Counted from the first letter of the stretch, positions 39,047 through 49,381 are shown. The stretch: 64,000 bases of DNA from Candidatus Eiseniibacteriota bacterium (GCA_043819135.1 JBDRFG010000107.1:1-64000), one strand, 5' to 3'. Notes: generated by a model not told the origin, from the sequence alone. Program-made: numbers and translations.

Positions 39047-39856
39047 TCACGATGCCTTCCGGCCGACCCGGTCGAAAAGCAGTGCGTCGGCGCTCAGGTC
39101 GTCACGGATCCCCAGACGAGTCAGGGCGAAGTCGTACTTCACCGGATCGTCCGGGCTGAGCGTTCTGAACGCGCTGGTTACCTCCAGAGCGGTGCGACCA
39201 TTTGCCTGCTTGCGATCGGTCAGCCCCAACAGGAACGAGAGTTTGTGCATGTGGGTGTCGAGGGGAACGATGAGCTTCGACGCCGGCACGCTGTCCCAGC
39301 CGCCGGGGTCGACATCGTCGCTCCTCACCATCCATCGCAGGAAGAGGTGCAGGCGCTTGCAGGCGCTCCCTCTCTCCGGGTCGGGCAAGGGGCAGGTGCC
39401 TTCTTCGCCGGTCGTCGCGCACGGCGCGTCCGCTATGACGCCGACGAAGGACGTCAGTGCCGGAAGCACGGTCTCGTCCTCGGGTGACAGCAGAGTAGCG
39501 AAGAACTCGCCGAGCGAGCCGTGCCCGGCGGTCACCACCCGCACACCGTCGAGCATCCGGCAGAGGTCCTCTCCCGTCGTGAAGCGGTGCTTGAATCCCT
39601 CGAACGCGGTGCGTAACGAGTCCGGGGACGAATCGCCCACGAAAGCTGCCGGGTGCGGCCCCATGCGTCCGAGCGCATTCGTGACGCTCTTCAGTATCTG
39701 CTTGACCCTGCCGTAGGCAAGCGTCGATGCGATGAGCCCGACGATCTCCCTGTCCTCCGGATCGTCGTAGTGATAGAGAAATTCGAGTGGGTCCGGGTGA
39801 ACGAATTCCCACCGGTTCAGTTTCCGGTAGAGGTCCTCGAGAATGTCCCTGTCCAC
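39047..39856 (-). CDS. TIGR02757/DUF2400-family protein
   Basis: PDP, LAYG, SACKRLHLFLRWMVR, DPGGW, PLDTH, DPVKYDFAL; start uncertain. Confidence 0.85.
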   Translation of the reverse strand: MDRDILEDLYRKLNRWEFVHPDPLEFLYHYDDPEDREIVGLIASTLAYGRVKQILKSVTNALGRMGPHPAAFVGDSSPDSLRTAFEGFKHRFTTGEDLCRMLDGVRVVTAGHGSLGEFFATLLSPEDETVLPALTSFVGVIADAPCATTGEEGTCPLPDPERGSACKRLHLFLRWMVRSDDVDPGGWDSVPASKLIVPLDTHMHKLSFLLGLTDRKQANGRTALEVTSAFRTLSPDDPVKYDFALTRLGIRDDLSADALLFDRVGRKAS

Positions 39857-39899
39857 GCGTGGCTCAACGCGGGAGACCGAGAGCCCCCCCCACTCACCG

Positions 39900-40406
39900 C
39901 TATCCTTCAAGAGTGAACTCCCGCACGTCGAACCAGTAGCCCGAGCCTGTCGCCTGATCGATCTGAGCCTGCACAAGAGCGAGGTGCCCCTCCTCTATCT
40001 CAAGGAAGCGCTGGAACAAGGCTCTCGCCTCGGCCGGGAGCTCGTCGACCATGCGCTGGTAGAAGCCGCTCGTCTCGCGCTCAACCCCGTGGGCCTTGCT
40101 GAGGAACTGCAGTTCCACGGTTCCGGGCTTGCCGCCAACCTTCTCCCGCAGCTTGCCGACACCCTGTTCGATGACCTCGCTCGACGGGACCGCCGTTGTC
40201 AGGCCGTCCGCCGTGACCGTCCCGTCGCTGCTCCACTGGTCCAGCTTCGTTTCGAGGTAGTCGACGTGACACTGCTCCTCGTCCATCATCAGTTGAAAAA
40301 GCCTCTTGCCCTCGGGGTTCTGCGCCTTACTCACGGCCTCTGCGTAGACGTCGCGAACCCGCGTCTCGTACTCTATGGATGTCTTGATGGCTTCCTCTAC
40401 CGTCAC
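39900..40406 (-). CDS. Ferritin-like/rubrerythrin-family protein
   Basis: EEQCH and EEGH diiron motifs; GGAGG RBS before GTG. Confidence 0.8.
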   Translation of the reverse strand: MTVEEAIKTSIEYETRVRDVYAEAVSKAQNPEGKRLFQLMMDEEQCHVDYLETKLDQWSSDGTVTADGLTTAVPSSEVIEQGVGKLREKVGGKPGTVELQFLSKAHGVERETSGFYQRMVDELPAEARALFQRFLEIEEGHLALVQAQIDQATGSGYWFDVREFTLEG

Positions 40407-40523
40407 GACGCCTCCCGCGTTGCGTGCCCGGGCGAATTCAGAAGAGCGGCAGCGCGGTGCGACCTGACGGCCGCCACCGCGCCACATCTCAGAAACCCCT
40501 CGCGACCCCGGAGATTCGCGGCC

Positions 40524-40898
40524 CTAGGACTTCCAGAGCCCGTGCTTGTTGCAGTACTCCCGAACCATGTCGATGCTGCCGTCGACGCAGAACGTTGCCT
40601 CGGGGGCGCCGCCCGGCTCCAGAAACTCTCTGTAGGCCTTGCCGCCGGCGATGACCTCGATCCACTCGATGAAGTGGTCGGATTCCATTGGATGAGCGAC
40701 GCTGCCGACGGTCACCTTGACGCCGTGGTCGGTGTCTTCCTTGACCGGCACGTGTTTCTCCTGTGCTGCGTCCGTGGTGTTCTCCTTCAGCTGCACCATC
40801 TCCTCGCCGCAGCAGACGAGCGTTCCGGCGCCACCGTGAAGCACCTCGACGATGTTCCCGCACACTTCGCACTTGTAGACTTCGAGCTTCGCTGCCAT
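40524..40898 (-). CDS. dfx: Desulfoferrodoxin (superoxide reductase)
   Basis: CEVCGN..CCG, EKHVP, HPM..H.I, CNKHGLW. Confidence 0.95.
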   Translation of the reverse strand: MAAKLEVYKCEVCGNIVEVLHGGAGTLVCCGEEMVQLKENTTDAAQEKHVPVKEDTDHGVKVTVGSVAHPMESDHFIEWIEVIAGGKAYREFLEPGGAPEATFCVDGSIDMVREYCNKHGLWKS

Positions 40899-40953
40899 GC
40901 CAGTTCTCCCGCGTTGGCGCGCCGTCCTACTGCGCGCGTAGTGTGATCGTCTT

Positions 40954-41469
40954 CTAGAGCAGCTCCTTCGCCGCGTTCAGTGCGGCCTCGTAGTCCGGCT
41001 CGTCCCCAACCTCGCTGAGCACCTCCACGTACCTGATGTCGCCCTTGCGGTCGACGACAAATACCGCGCGCGCCAGAAGCCTGATCTCCTTCATCAGAAC
41101 ACCCCACGCCTCGCCGAAGGCAGCCGACCTGTGGTCCGAGAACGTCTTCACCGTCTCCACGCCCGCGGCGCCGCACCAGCGCTTCTGCGTGAACGGCAGG
41201 TCCATGCTGACGGTCAGCACGGCGACGTCATCGCCGAGCTTCCCGGCTTCCAGGTTGAAGCGCCTGGTCTCTACGTCGCAGGTGCTGGTCTCAAGTGACG
41301 CAACGGACGTCACTATGGCGACCTTGCCCTTGTACGTCGAGAGCATGACGGGCTGCAGGTCGTTGTCGACCACCTCGACATCGGGCGCGTCGTCCCCCAC
41401 CTTGAGCTCGGGGCCAACGAGCGTCATGGGGTTGCCCCCGAACGTAACCAGGCCTGTTCGCTCGATCAT
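40954..41469 (-). CDS. tpx: Thiol peroxidase
   Basis: [29 protein letters not shown]. Confidence 0.9.
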   Translation of the reverse strand: MIERTGLVTFGGNPMTLVGPELKVGDDAPDVEVVDNDLQPVMLSTYKGKVAIVTSVASLETSTCDVETRRFNLEAGKLGDDVAVLTVSMDLPFTQKRWCGAAGVETVKTFSDHRSAAFGEAWGVLMKEIRLLARAVFVVDRKGDIRYVEVLSEVGDEPDYEAALNAAKELL

Positions 41470-41551
41470 GTGTTCCCTCCAGAATCAGTGTTCGCGCCGC
41501 GCACTCAGACAACCGGCTCCGGCCCGATCCGCCGCCCCCACACCACCCCGT

Positions 41552-42124
41552 TTACCAGTTCTCCCCCAGAAGCTCGAAGTGAGAGCGGGGATGCGCGCAG
41601 GCCGGGCACTTGTCGGGCGCCTCGGGGCCCTCGTGCAGATAGCCGCAGTTCCGGCAGCGCCAGACGACCGTGCCGTCACGCTTGAAGACGCGTCCGGCCT
41701 CGATGTTTGCCCGGAGATCGTTGTAGCGCTTCTCGTGCTGCTCTTCCGCGACCGATATCGCCTCGAAGACGTCCGCGACCTCATCGAGCCCCTCCTCGCG
41801 CGCCGTCCTGGCGAAGCCCGGGTACATCTCGGTCCATTCGTAGTTCTCGCCTCCGGCCGCCGCCTTCAGGTTCTCCGAGGTCGTCCCGATGACACCAGCG
41901 GGGAACGCAGCCTGAACGTCCACGTCGCCACCCTCCAGGAACTTGAAGAAGCGCTTGGCGTGCTCCTTCTCCTGATTGGCCGTCTCCTCGAAGATGCTCT
42001 GGATCTGGACGTAGCCATCCTTCAGCGCCTTGCTGGCGAAGTACGTGTACCTGTTCCTCGCCTGAGATTCACCGGCGAACGCCGCCAGGAGGTTCTTCTC
42101 CGTCTGAGTTCCCTTGAGACCCAT
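41552..42124 (-). CDS. rbr: Rubrerythrin
   Basis: AFAGESQARNRY, EKEHA, C-terminal CRNCG...CPAC. Confidence 0.95.
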   Translation of the reverse strand: MGLKGTQTEKNLLAAFAGESQARNRYTYFASKALKDGYVQIQSIFEETANQEKEHAKRFFKFLEGGDVDVQAAFPAGVIGTTSENLKAAAGGENYEWTEMYPGFARTAREEGLDEVADVFEAISVAEEQHEKRYNDLRANIEAGRVFKRDGTVVWRCRNCGYLHEGPEAPDKCPACAHPRSHFELLGENW

Positions 42125-42555
42125 TACTCTTCCCCCTTTCCCTTCTCCTCGTGGTCCTTCCCGTTGCCAGCGCACTCGCCGCATACACCCATGAAACGTA
42201 GCGTGTATCCACGCACCTCATAGCCTCCGCGATCCACCAGCAGTTCCTCGAGCGGCTCGCTGCAGGAGAGTTCGACGTCGTCCACCCTGCCGCAGACCTC
42301 GCATGTGATGTGGTGGTGTTCGTCCAGCGTCCCGTCGTACCGGCGTGGCTCGCCGGCCGCGGTCAGTGTTCGGATGAGCCCCTGATTCGTCAGCAGGTCC
42401 AGATTGCGGTAGACCGTCCCCAGACTGACCTTCGGCAGCTCCTCGCGCACCGTCAGATAGACCTCATCAGCCGTGGGGTGCACCCCGGCCGTGCATAGAG
42501 CGGACAGGATCGCCTTCCGGCTCTCCGTCATCCGGACTGTCCCGTGGTCTCTCAT
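42124..42555 (-). CDS. perR: Fur-family regulator, PerR-like
   Basis: HPTADEVY, SLGTVYRNL, HHHITCEVCG, CGEC; leads the peroxide-defence operon. Confidence 0.85.
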   Translation of the reverse strand: MRDHGTVRMTESRKAILSALCTAGVHPTADEVYLTVREELPKVSLGTVYRNLDLLTNQGLIRTLTAAGEPRRYDGTLDEHHHITCEVCGRVDDVELSCSEPLEELLVDRGGYEVRGYTLRFMGVCGECAGNGKDHEEKGKGEE

Positions 42556-42570
42556 GACCAGTCTCCGTTG

Positions 42571-42620
42571 TTAGGAATAAGAACTATTCCCAATGTGACC
42601 TACGCTCAGTGTGCTGTCAA
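42571..42620 (-). promoter_or_regulatory. Promoter (-35 TTGACA) and palindromic Fur/PerR-type operator candidate
   Basis: GGAATA-AGAAC-TATTCC at 42574-42590, AT-rich within GC-rich DNA; TTGACA at 42620-42615. Confidence 0.6.
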
Positions 42621-42698
42621 GTTCCTTCTTCCGTTCTCTCAGATGCAGGGTTGCCTGCTCCGTCGCGGGCGAAGCCAGTCGACGCACCGAGGCGGCAC

Positions 42699-42729
42699 TT
42701 GACCGGGAACGGTACTACGTGGTAATACC
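42699..42729 (+). promoter_or_regulatory. Promoter with palindromic operator candidate
   Basis: TTGACC at 42699; GGTACTAC-GTG-GTAATACC at 42711-42729 over the -10 region. Confidence 0.5.
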
Positions 42730-42769
42730 ACGCTTGGATGCGCTGCCCATCGTACTGGAGGGATCTGAC

Positions 42770-43036
42770 ATGCCCCGAGCAAAATCAGAGGTCATCTCGT
42801 TCAAGGCGGATGAAACCCTTCTCAGAGCGATGCGGGGCGTCAGCAATCGCTCGGAGTTCATTCGCTCGGCGATACTCGCGGCGCTCGACAGCACGTGCCC
42901 CCTCTGCGGCGGCGCGGGAACGCTCTCACCTAACCAGATGCAACACTGGAACGACCTCGCGTCCGATCACTCTGTCGAGGAGTGCGCGAACTGCCAGGAG
43001 GTGCGGCTGGTGTGCTCGAACAGGAGCGCGGAGTGA
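42770..43036 (+). CDS. CopG/ribbon-helix-helix regulator with Cys/His metal-binding tail
   Basis: VISFK..NRSEFIR (RHH-like), then CPLC..H..H..CANC..C. Confidence 0.7.
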   Translation: MPRAKSEVISFKADETLLRAMRGVSNRSEFIRSAILAALDSTCPLCGGAGTLSPNQMQHWNDLASDHSVEECANCQEVRLVCSNRSAE

Positions 43037-43998
43037 ACGCGTCCGCACCGCTACGAGGCTCGGCGTGGAGGAGCGTCTGCGCGGCGACCCTCGCCGGCGT
43101 CCTGCTCCTCGTGCCGGCCGCAGGTGGAGCGCGGAGCCATGAGGTGGAACCCACCCGCCTCGCGCCAGGTCATGCCGCGCCGATCGTGGCCTTCTGCAGC
43201 ATCGCGCCGCAACGTTATCTTGTTGAGGGCGTGGGTGGTGACCTCGTCTCGGTGAAGGTACTGGTCGGACCGGGCCAATCGCCGCACACGTTCGAACCCA
43301 CTCCTCAGCAGATGGCCGACCTTGCCGGCGCAAGCGTCTACTTCGCGATCGGCCTGCCGTTCGAGGACAGAATCCTGGATGGAGTGCGGATACTCAACGC
43401 CGACCTCGTGGTGGTGGACACGGCGCACCGCGTGCCGCGACGGCAGGTGAAGGAGGCGCACCGTCACACCGAGACCGCCGAGGAGCACGACGACAGCGCC
43501 GGAGGCCTCCCCGACCCTCACGTCTGGCTGAATCCGCGCTTCGCGGGGCTTATGGCCCAGGCCGTCTGTGATGCACTTGAGAGACTTGTTCCGGACAACG
43601 CCGAGGTATTCCACGAGAACCTCTCGTCGCTCCTGCGCGACCTCGACGAGCTGGACGCGGAACTGGCCGAGGCATTGTCCCCTTTGTCGGGTGAGAGCAT
43701 CTACGTTTTTCATCCCGCGTTCGGCTACTTCACGGACGCGTACGGCCTGAGACAGATCCCCGTTGAGATCGGCGGCATGGAGCCTGGCGCGCGCGAGTTG
43801 GTTGGACTGATCGAGCAGGCGACCGCGGAGGGGGTGCGCGTCATCTTCGTCCAACCGCAGTTCTCGTCACGAAGCGCAAAAGCGATCGCTGCTGAGATCG
43901 GAGGAGTGGTGGTTCCCATGGATCCTCTGTCGGGCGACTACCTGGAGAACCTCAGGAGCATCGCGCGCGAGGTGCAGAAAGCATTGAGCGACGAGTGA
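43033..43998 (+). CDS. znuA: Zn/Mn ABC transporter substrate-binding protein
   Basis: SPHTFEP, His/acidic loop, DPHVWL, FHPAFGYF. Confidence 0.85.
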   Translation: MNASAPLRGSAWRSVCAATLAGVLLLVPAAGGARSHEVEPTRLAPGHAAPIVAFCSIAPQRYLVEGVGGDLVSVKVLVGPGQSPHTFEPTPQQMADLAGASVYFAIGLPFEDRILDGVRILNADLVVVDTAHRVPRRQVKEAHRHTETAEEHDDSAGGLPDPHVWLNPRFAGLMAQAVCDALERLVPDNAEVFHENLSSLLRDLDELDAELAEALSPLSGESIYVFHPAFGYFTDAYGLRQIPVEIGGMEPGARELVGLIEQATAEGVRVIFVQPQFSSRSAKAIAAEIGGVVVPMDPLSGDYLENLRSIAREVQKALSDE

Positions 43999-44792
43999 CA
44001 GCACGGTCACACGAAGGAACGGAGAAGCAGGGAGCGACCGGGATGAACGCAGGACCCGCGATAGAGATCCGCAATGTGTCGTTCTCCTACGACGGCACGT
44101 TCGTGTTACGGAACGCGAACTTGACCGTCAACCACGGTGAGTTCGTAACGGTCGTGGGACCGAACGGCGGCGGGAAGTCAACACTCCTCAGACTGGTGCT
44201 CGGTCTTCTTCAGCCCGACAGCGGGAGCATCAGGGTCTTCGGGCGTCGGCCGGAGGAATCGAGGCCGCGCATGGGATACGTCCCGCAGCGCTCGGACACT
44301 GACCCCAGCTTCCCGGCGACTGTGCTGGATGTGGTGCTCATGGGGCGCCTGGGACGCACCCGGTTGTTCGGGATGTACACCAGAGAGGATGCTGACTCGG
44401 CGGTCGCCGCGCTCGCGGATGTTGAGCTGTCCGCGCTCTCGCACCGGCCGTTCTCGAGGTTGTCGGGGGGACAGAGGCAGCGCACGCTTATCGCCCGCGC
44501 GCTGGTCTCGGAGCCGGACGTCCTGCTTCTTGATGAGCCGACAGCAAACCTCGACGTGGCGATGGAGAAGGAGCTCTACGAGATCCTCTTTCGCCTCAGA
44601 GAGCGCCTGACGGTGCTCCTGGTCTCTCACGACCTGGCGTTCGTGTCGGGCTTCACGGACACGGTCGCGTGCGTCAACAGAACGCTGGCGGTCCATTCGA
44701 CCAGCGAGGTGACGCCCGAGCTCATCAACGAGCTGTACGGACGGGACGTCCGCTTCGTCCGTCACGACCACCTGACGGGGGAAACCCGATGA
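43995..44792 (+). CDS. znuC: Metal ABC transporter ATPase
   Basis: GPNGGGKST, YVPQ, LSGGQRQR, LLDEP, SHD. Confidence 0.87.
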   Translation: MTARSHEGTEKQGATGMNAGPAIEIRNVSFSYDGTFVLRNANLTVNHGEFVTVVGPNGGGKSTLLRLVLGLLQPDSGSIRVFGRRPEESRPRMGYVPQRSDTDPSFPATVLDVVLMGRLGRTRLFGMYTREDADSAVAALADVELSALSHRPFSRLSGGQRQRTLIARALVSEPDVLLLDEPTANLDVAMEKELYEILFRLRERLTVLLVSHDLAFVSGFTDTVACVNRTLAVHSTSEVTPELINELYGRDVRFVRHDHLTGETR

Positions 44793-45643
44793 GCGAGTTC
44801 ATGGAAGCCGTCGCCAGCCACGCGTTCATGCGAAACGCCCTTCTGACGGGCGTCCTCGCAAGCGTCGCCTGCGGGGTGATGGGTTCGTTCGTCGTGGTCA
44901 AAAGGATCAGCTACATCGCCGGCGGGATCGCCCACTGTGTGCTCGGAGGCATCGGTGCCGCGCTCTACCTTGAGCGCGCGCACGGCTGGGAGGCGCTCGA
45001 CCCCATACACGGAGCTCTCGTGGCGGCTCTCGCCGCGGCCGTAGTCATCGGACTGGTCAGCCTGAAAGCGAAACAGAGAGTGGACACCGTCATCGGCGCC
45101 GTGTGGGCCATCGGCATGGCCACCGGCGTTCTCTTCCTCTCAAGAACACCCGGTTACGGAGAGGACCTGATGAGCTACCTCTTCGGGAACATCCTGATGG
45201 TGACCGGAGGCGACCTGTGGCTGATGGCGGCGCTGGACGCCGTTGTCATCGTTGCTGTGCTGCTGCTCTTCAAGCAGCTCCAGAGCGTCTGTTTCGATGA
45301 GGAGTTTTCGAAGGTCAGAGGCATCAATGTCGACCTGCACTTCGTGTTCCTGCTCGTGCTGACCGCACTCACGATCGTGCTGCTCGTCATGGTGGTGGGC
45401 ATAGTGATGGTGATAGCGCTCCTGACCATCCCCGCGGCCGTGGCCGGCCACTTCACGAACAGGCTCTCTCACATGATGGGCGCGGCCGTGGTCGTCAGCA
45501 TCCTGTTCACGACAGGCGGCCTTGCCCTGAGCTACGAACCCGACCTGCCGGCCGGAGCGACCATCATCGTGCTGGCGGGCGCGACCTACCTGGCCGTCGC
45601 TGCGGCGTCCGCGTTTCAACGAAAACGAAAGGCCGGGCCATAG
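44789..45643 (+). CDS. znuB: Metal ABC transporter permease
   Basis: IAHCVLGG, YLFGNIL, FDEEF, LLTIPA. Confidence 0.87.
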   Translation: MSEFMEAVASHAFMRNALLTGVLASVACGVMGSFVVVKRISYIAGGIAHCVLGGIGAALYLERAHGWEALDPIHGALVAALAAAVVIGLVSLKAKQRVDTVIGAVWAIGMATGVLFLSRTPGYGEDLMSYLFGNILMVTGGDLWLMAALDAVVIVAVLLLFKQLQSVCFDEEFSKVRGINVDLHFVFLLVLTALTIVLLVMVVGIVMVIALLTIPAAVAGHFTNRLSHMMGAAVVVSILFTTGGLALSYEPDLPAGATIIVLAGATYLAVAAASAFQRKRKAGP

Positions 45644-45661
45644 AACTCACGCAGACGGAAG

Positions 45662-45687
45662 CGCCCCCGGCGAACCCGCCGGGGGCG
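45662..45687. terminator. Hairpin between convergent genes
   Basis: Stem CGCCCCCGGCG/CGCCGGGGGCG. Confidence 0.6.
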
Positions 45688-45723
45688 TTCGTTATTGGTA
45701 CTCCCTGCCGATTTGCTCCCAGA

Positions 45724-46761
45724 CTACCGATAGAGAACCTTGATGGTGGTCCAGGTCGCGTCCTCGACAGGCGACGGTCCCACGTAGCCGTCTATCTCGA
45801 CAATGTACTCGAGTCCGCACGGCTGGCACGCGAACACCGACGGTCCCACCCACAGCCAGTAGAGGCCGGGTCCGACCGTCTCGGTGAGCGTCGCCGGCTC
45901 ACACGGGGAAGCAGTCGCGCTACTGATCACAAGACCCGGGTCGTCGCACTCCAACGGAAGATCCGCATCCAGGAAGAAGATGAGCACCGGGAACTCAGCG
46001 GTCGCGGAGAACGTGATCGTGTTCGAAACCGAGACGTAGATCTGATACCAGTCGGTGTCCCGGCTGAAGTCGTCGAACGTGCCGCTCGTTCCGAATATCG
46101 TGATGGTATTGCTGCTCGGCATCACGGGCTGGAACACGGGCGGGTCGGCGTTGCATCCGCCGTTGAACGCGTCGATGTAGCCGGCGCCACACACGGCCTC
46201 GCCTTCGATGATCGCGCCCGGCGGCGGGGTGAGGTCGCACGCGTTCATCACGTCGATCTCGAGCACGTAGTCTCCGCAGTCTTCGTTGTAGCCGTCCACC
46301 ACGAAGTAGTATGTGTTGCCGGCGTAGAGAAAGACGTTCTCCATGAACGACTGGTAGCCCGGGACGCCGCAGTCCGCGTCGTCGTTACAGCAGACGACGT
46401 TCCCCTCGACATTCTCGAAGATGTAGACCTTGGTATCGTAGCTTGACGCGCAGAGGTCGACGTTCACAACGAGGTCTGTGGCTGCGGTGTAGGCATAGAC
46501 CACGTCCGGCGCCGTCGACTCGGGGTACGGACACGTGACGTCGTAGTCGTTGAGATACGCACACGTGTTGCCGGTGACGCTGAGAGGAAGGTCCGCGATC
46601 ACGATCGGACTCGCGATGTTGTCCCCGACTTCGCGTCCTTCGAACGTCGGCTCGCCACCCACGGCGGCGTCCTTCTCGGCGACGACCAGATGATCCGTGG
46701 TCGCGCCGCAGACGACGGCTGCTGCCGCAATCAGAAGAACCACAAGGCTAGCAACTCTCAT
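45724..46761 (-). CDS. Secreted Cys-rich hypothetical protein (PPC-like beta domains) with TWTTIK tail
   Basis: Signal peptide, PDVVY, YDT..CNDD, VVDGY, DTDWY; ends SPVEDATWTTIKVLYR. Confidence 0.65.
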   Translation of the reverse strand: MRVASLVVLLIAAAAVVCGATTDHLVVAEKDAAVGGEPTFEGREVGDNIASPIVIADLPLSVTGNTCAYLNDYDVTCPYPESTAPDVVYAYTAATDLVVNVDLCASSYDTKVYIFENVEGNVVCCNDDADCGVPGYQSFMENVFLYAGNTYYFVVDGYNEDCGDYVLEIDVMNACDLTPPPGAIIEGEAVCGAGYIDAFNGGCNADPPVFQPVMPSSNTITIFGTSGTFDDFSRDTDWYQIYVSVSNTITFSATAEFPVLIFFLDADLPLECDDPGLVISSATASPCEPATLTETVGPGLYWLWVGPSVFACQPCGLEYIVEIDGYVGPSPVEDATWTTIKVLYR

Positions 46762-47086
46762 CTCAACACCTCCCAGAGAGTGACACTCCCTCAGTAACGC
46801 AAACGGATAGACTGAACGCGACGCACGGCCGCGCGCTCAACGAGCCGCGGGCAGTGCGACAGGGCATCCTCGACCCCTCTCCCGGCGGGTCGCTCTGCAA
46901 CTGGAACAGGGTCAGTCTATCACACATTTCCTCACAGTGTCAAGAATAGAGTCGCCCGCCCTCCCCGCGCCTGGAGGGCGAACGACGGGGCCGCGCCGCC
47001 GGTGCATGTCCGGCCCGGCCTGTGCTAGCATTGGGGCTCCGGAGCCGCAGCCGTGCGGCCGCCCCCTGAATCCCTGTGAGGCACTG

Positions 47087-47704
47087 ATGACCGCCCCGTC
47101 GAGGTACCCCATACCGGCGGCGACATGCAGGTCGGAAGAGACCATCCTCCGGAGTCGCTTCATAACGACGGTGGCCCACGCGGACACCGTCGAGGGAGCA
47201 AAGGCGTTCATCTCGGAGATCTCCGAGGAGTTTCGCGACGCGAACCACAACTGCTGCGCCTACGTGATCGGGCCTCCCGGCGACACCAGCCGCGTGGGTA
47301 TGAGCGACGCAGGCGAGCCCCACGGTACGGCCGGCCGCCCGATGCTGAACGTCCTTCTCGGCAGTGGGGTCGGTGACGTTGTCGCGGTGGTGACGCGTTA
47401 CTTCGGGGGCACGAAGCTCGGCAAGGGCGGGCTCGTACGAGCCTACAGCGGCGGCGTCAAGGCCGCGCTCGAGGGACTCGCTCTCACGGAACTCGTCGAG
47501 ACGACGACGCTTCGGGTGACCATGGCCTACTCGGACCTGTCCTCTCTCAAACACTCGCTGCCGCAGTTCGAAGCCCAAGTGACCAACGAGGACTACGGGA
47601 CGGACGTCAAGCTGGTCGTCGTTCTACCCGAGGAACACGAGGAGAGTTTCAAGGAGGCGCTGGCCTGGATGACCAACGGGAAGGCCGCCGTCGAGCGCGA
47701 GTAG
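47087..47704 (+). CDS. yigZ: YigZ/IMPACT family protein
   Basis: SRFI, ANHNCCAY, DAGEPHGTAG, RYFGGTKLGKGGLVRAY. Confidence 0.9.
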   Translation: MTAPSRYPIPAATCRSEETILRSRFITTVAHADTVEGAKAFISEISEEFRDANHNCCAYVIGPPGDTSRVGMSDAGEPHGTAGRPMLNVLLGSGVGDVVAVVTRYFGGTKLGKGGLVRAYSGGVKAALEGLALTELVETTTLRVTMAYSDLSSLKHSLPQFEAQVTNEDYGTDVKLVVVLPEEHEESFKEALAWMTNGKAAVERE

Positions 47705-47826
47705 TGCGCCGAGCGCTTGCCACGAAGGTCCCGATGACGTAAGCTCATCTATGGGATGCGCCGAGCCGCTCGTGAGCCCGGCGCTCGAGTGTCGCTGCCC
47801 TGTCCCATGTCGCGGGAGCCGATGGA

Positions 47827-48306
47827 ATGACCGAGAAGCAGAAGCCCGTCGAGATCAACTTCGAATTCCGTGAGAGGCTCAGCGAGGTCCTCGGCGGCAA
47901 CCACCACAACTACTGCTACCAGTGCGGGGCCTGCGTCGCGCAATGCCCGGCAGCGAAGTACAGCGGGCGCTTCAATCCAAGGTCGATCATGCTCGACGCG
48001 CTTCTGGGCCGCGAAGACATGCTCCTCGGGACGGATTCTCCCATCTGGTTGTGCACGAACTGCTACAGCTGCTACGAGCGATGCCCTCAGGACGTGAGAC
48101 CCATCGAGGTCATCATCGCGCTCAAGAACATGGCGAACGAACGCGGCGCCGCGCCGGTGCAAATATCGTCTTTCACCGAGAACATCACGAAGACGGGCTT
48201 GTCCGGAATGGTCACGCCCGCCGTTCAGAGAATCCGCGAGAGCCTCGGCCTGCCGAAGATCACCGAGGTGCCTGTCGACGAGATGCTGAAGATCCTGGAA
48301 GACTGA
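47827..48306 (+). CDS. hdrC: Heterodisulfide reductase subunit C-like
   Basis: CYQCGACVAQCP and WLCTNCYSCYERCPQ. Confidence 0.85.
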   Translation: MTEKQKPVEINFEFRERLSEVLGGNHHNYCYQCGACVAQCPAAKYSGRFNPRSIMLDALLGREDMLLGTDSPIWLCTNCYSCYERCPQDVRPIEVIIALKNMANERGAAPVQISSFTENITKTGLSGMVTPAVQRIRESLGLPKITEVPVDEMLKILED

Positions 48307-48317
48307 GGAAGAACCCG

Positions 48318-49193
48318 ATGCGAGTCACGCCTTTCTACGGCTGCATGATCCCCATCAAGTACCCTCAGATGGAGGCGGCGTTCAAGCGCACGATGCCCGG
48401 TCTCGGTGTCGACCTGGTCGACCTCGAGGGATTCACGTGCTGCCCCGACCCCATCTTCTACAAGGCGAAGGACGTGCTCGGGTGGCTGACCATCGCCGCC
48501 AGGAACCTCTGCATCGCCGAGGAGGCGGGCACCGTCATCGTCACGCTCTGCAGCGGCTGCACGGCGACGCTCAAGGAGGCGGTGTTCCTGCTCGCGGAAG
48601 ACGAAGAACTCAAAGAGAAGGTCAATCGCAGACTGGCGAAGATCGGCAAGGAATACAAGGGAACCACGAAGGTCGAACACGCCGTGGTGCTCATCAGGGA
48701 CGAGCTCGGGATCGAGAGGGTCAAGGAATCCGTCGTCCGGCCGCTGGACGGCATCAAGGTGGCCATCCATTACGGCTGCCACCTCCTCAAGCCCAGTCAG
48801 ATAATGCACGTCGATGACGCCGACTATCCATCGATCCTCGAGAACCTCATCCGCGCGACCGGTGCCACTCCCCTGTCGCACAATGAAGAGCTCCTGTGCT
48901 GCGGGAAGGGCTGCATCGACGATGACATGCCGGTCGACATGGTCTACGACATCTTCACGTCGATCAGGGACTCGGGCGCGGACTGCATGGGGCTCATCTG
49001 CCCGACGTGCTTCTCGTCGTTCGACCTCGGGCAGATCGTCGTCGGCAGGAAGAAGGACACCAAGTTCGACATCCCCGTTATCTACTACTTCCAGCTCCTG
49101 GGTCTCGCGCAGGGGCTCTCGCCTGAAGAGATCGGCCTCAACCTGCACAAGGTCAAGGCCGACCGCGTGCTTGAACTCGTGGGCGCGGCGTAG
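48318..49193 (+). CDS. hdrB: Heterodisulfide reductase subunit B-like
   Basis: GC, FTCCP, AARNL, CSGC, HYGCH, CCG, CPTC..FD.GQ, QLLGLA. Confidence 0.88.
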   Translation: MRVTPFYGCMIPIKYPQMEAAFKRTMPGLGVDLVDLEGFTCCPDPIFYKAKDVLGWLTIAARNLCIAEEAGTVIVTLCSGCTATLKEAVFLLAEDEELKEKVNRRLAKIGKEYKGTTKVEHAVVLIRDELGIERVKESVVRPLDGIKVAIHYGCHLLKPSQIMHVDDADYPSILENLIRATGATPLSHNEELLCCGKGCIDDDMPVDMVYDIFTSIRDSGADCMGLICPTCFSSFDLGQIVVGRKKDTKFDIPVIYYFQLLGLAQGLSPEEIGLNLHKVKADRVLELVGAA

Positions 49194-49381
49194 GCGCCCC
49201 CTGGCCGCGCTGTGGCCTGTACCACTCTGTTCTTGCCGCGCGGTCACTTCTGTGCTATAATAGAACCACGTGAGAAGACATGCATCGAACAGGTCGTGTC
49301 CCGACCGTCGGGCATGTTTGCCACTTCGGGTAGCGGGGAACTGAACAGCCGCGCCCGTTTGTTTCTTTGGAGATCGCATCT

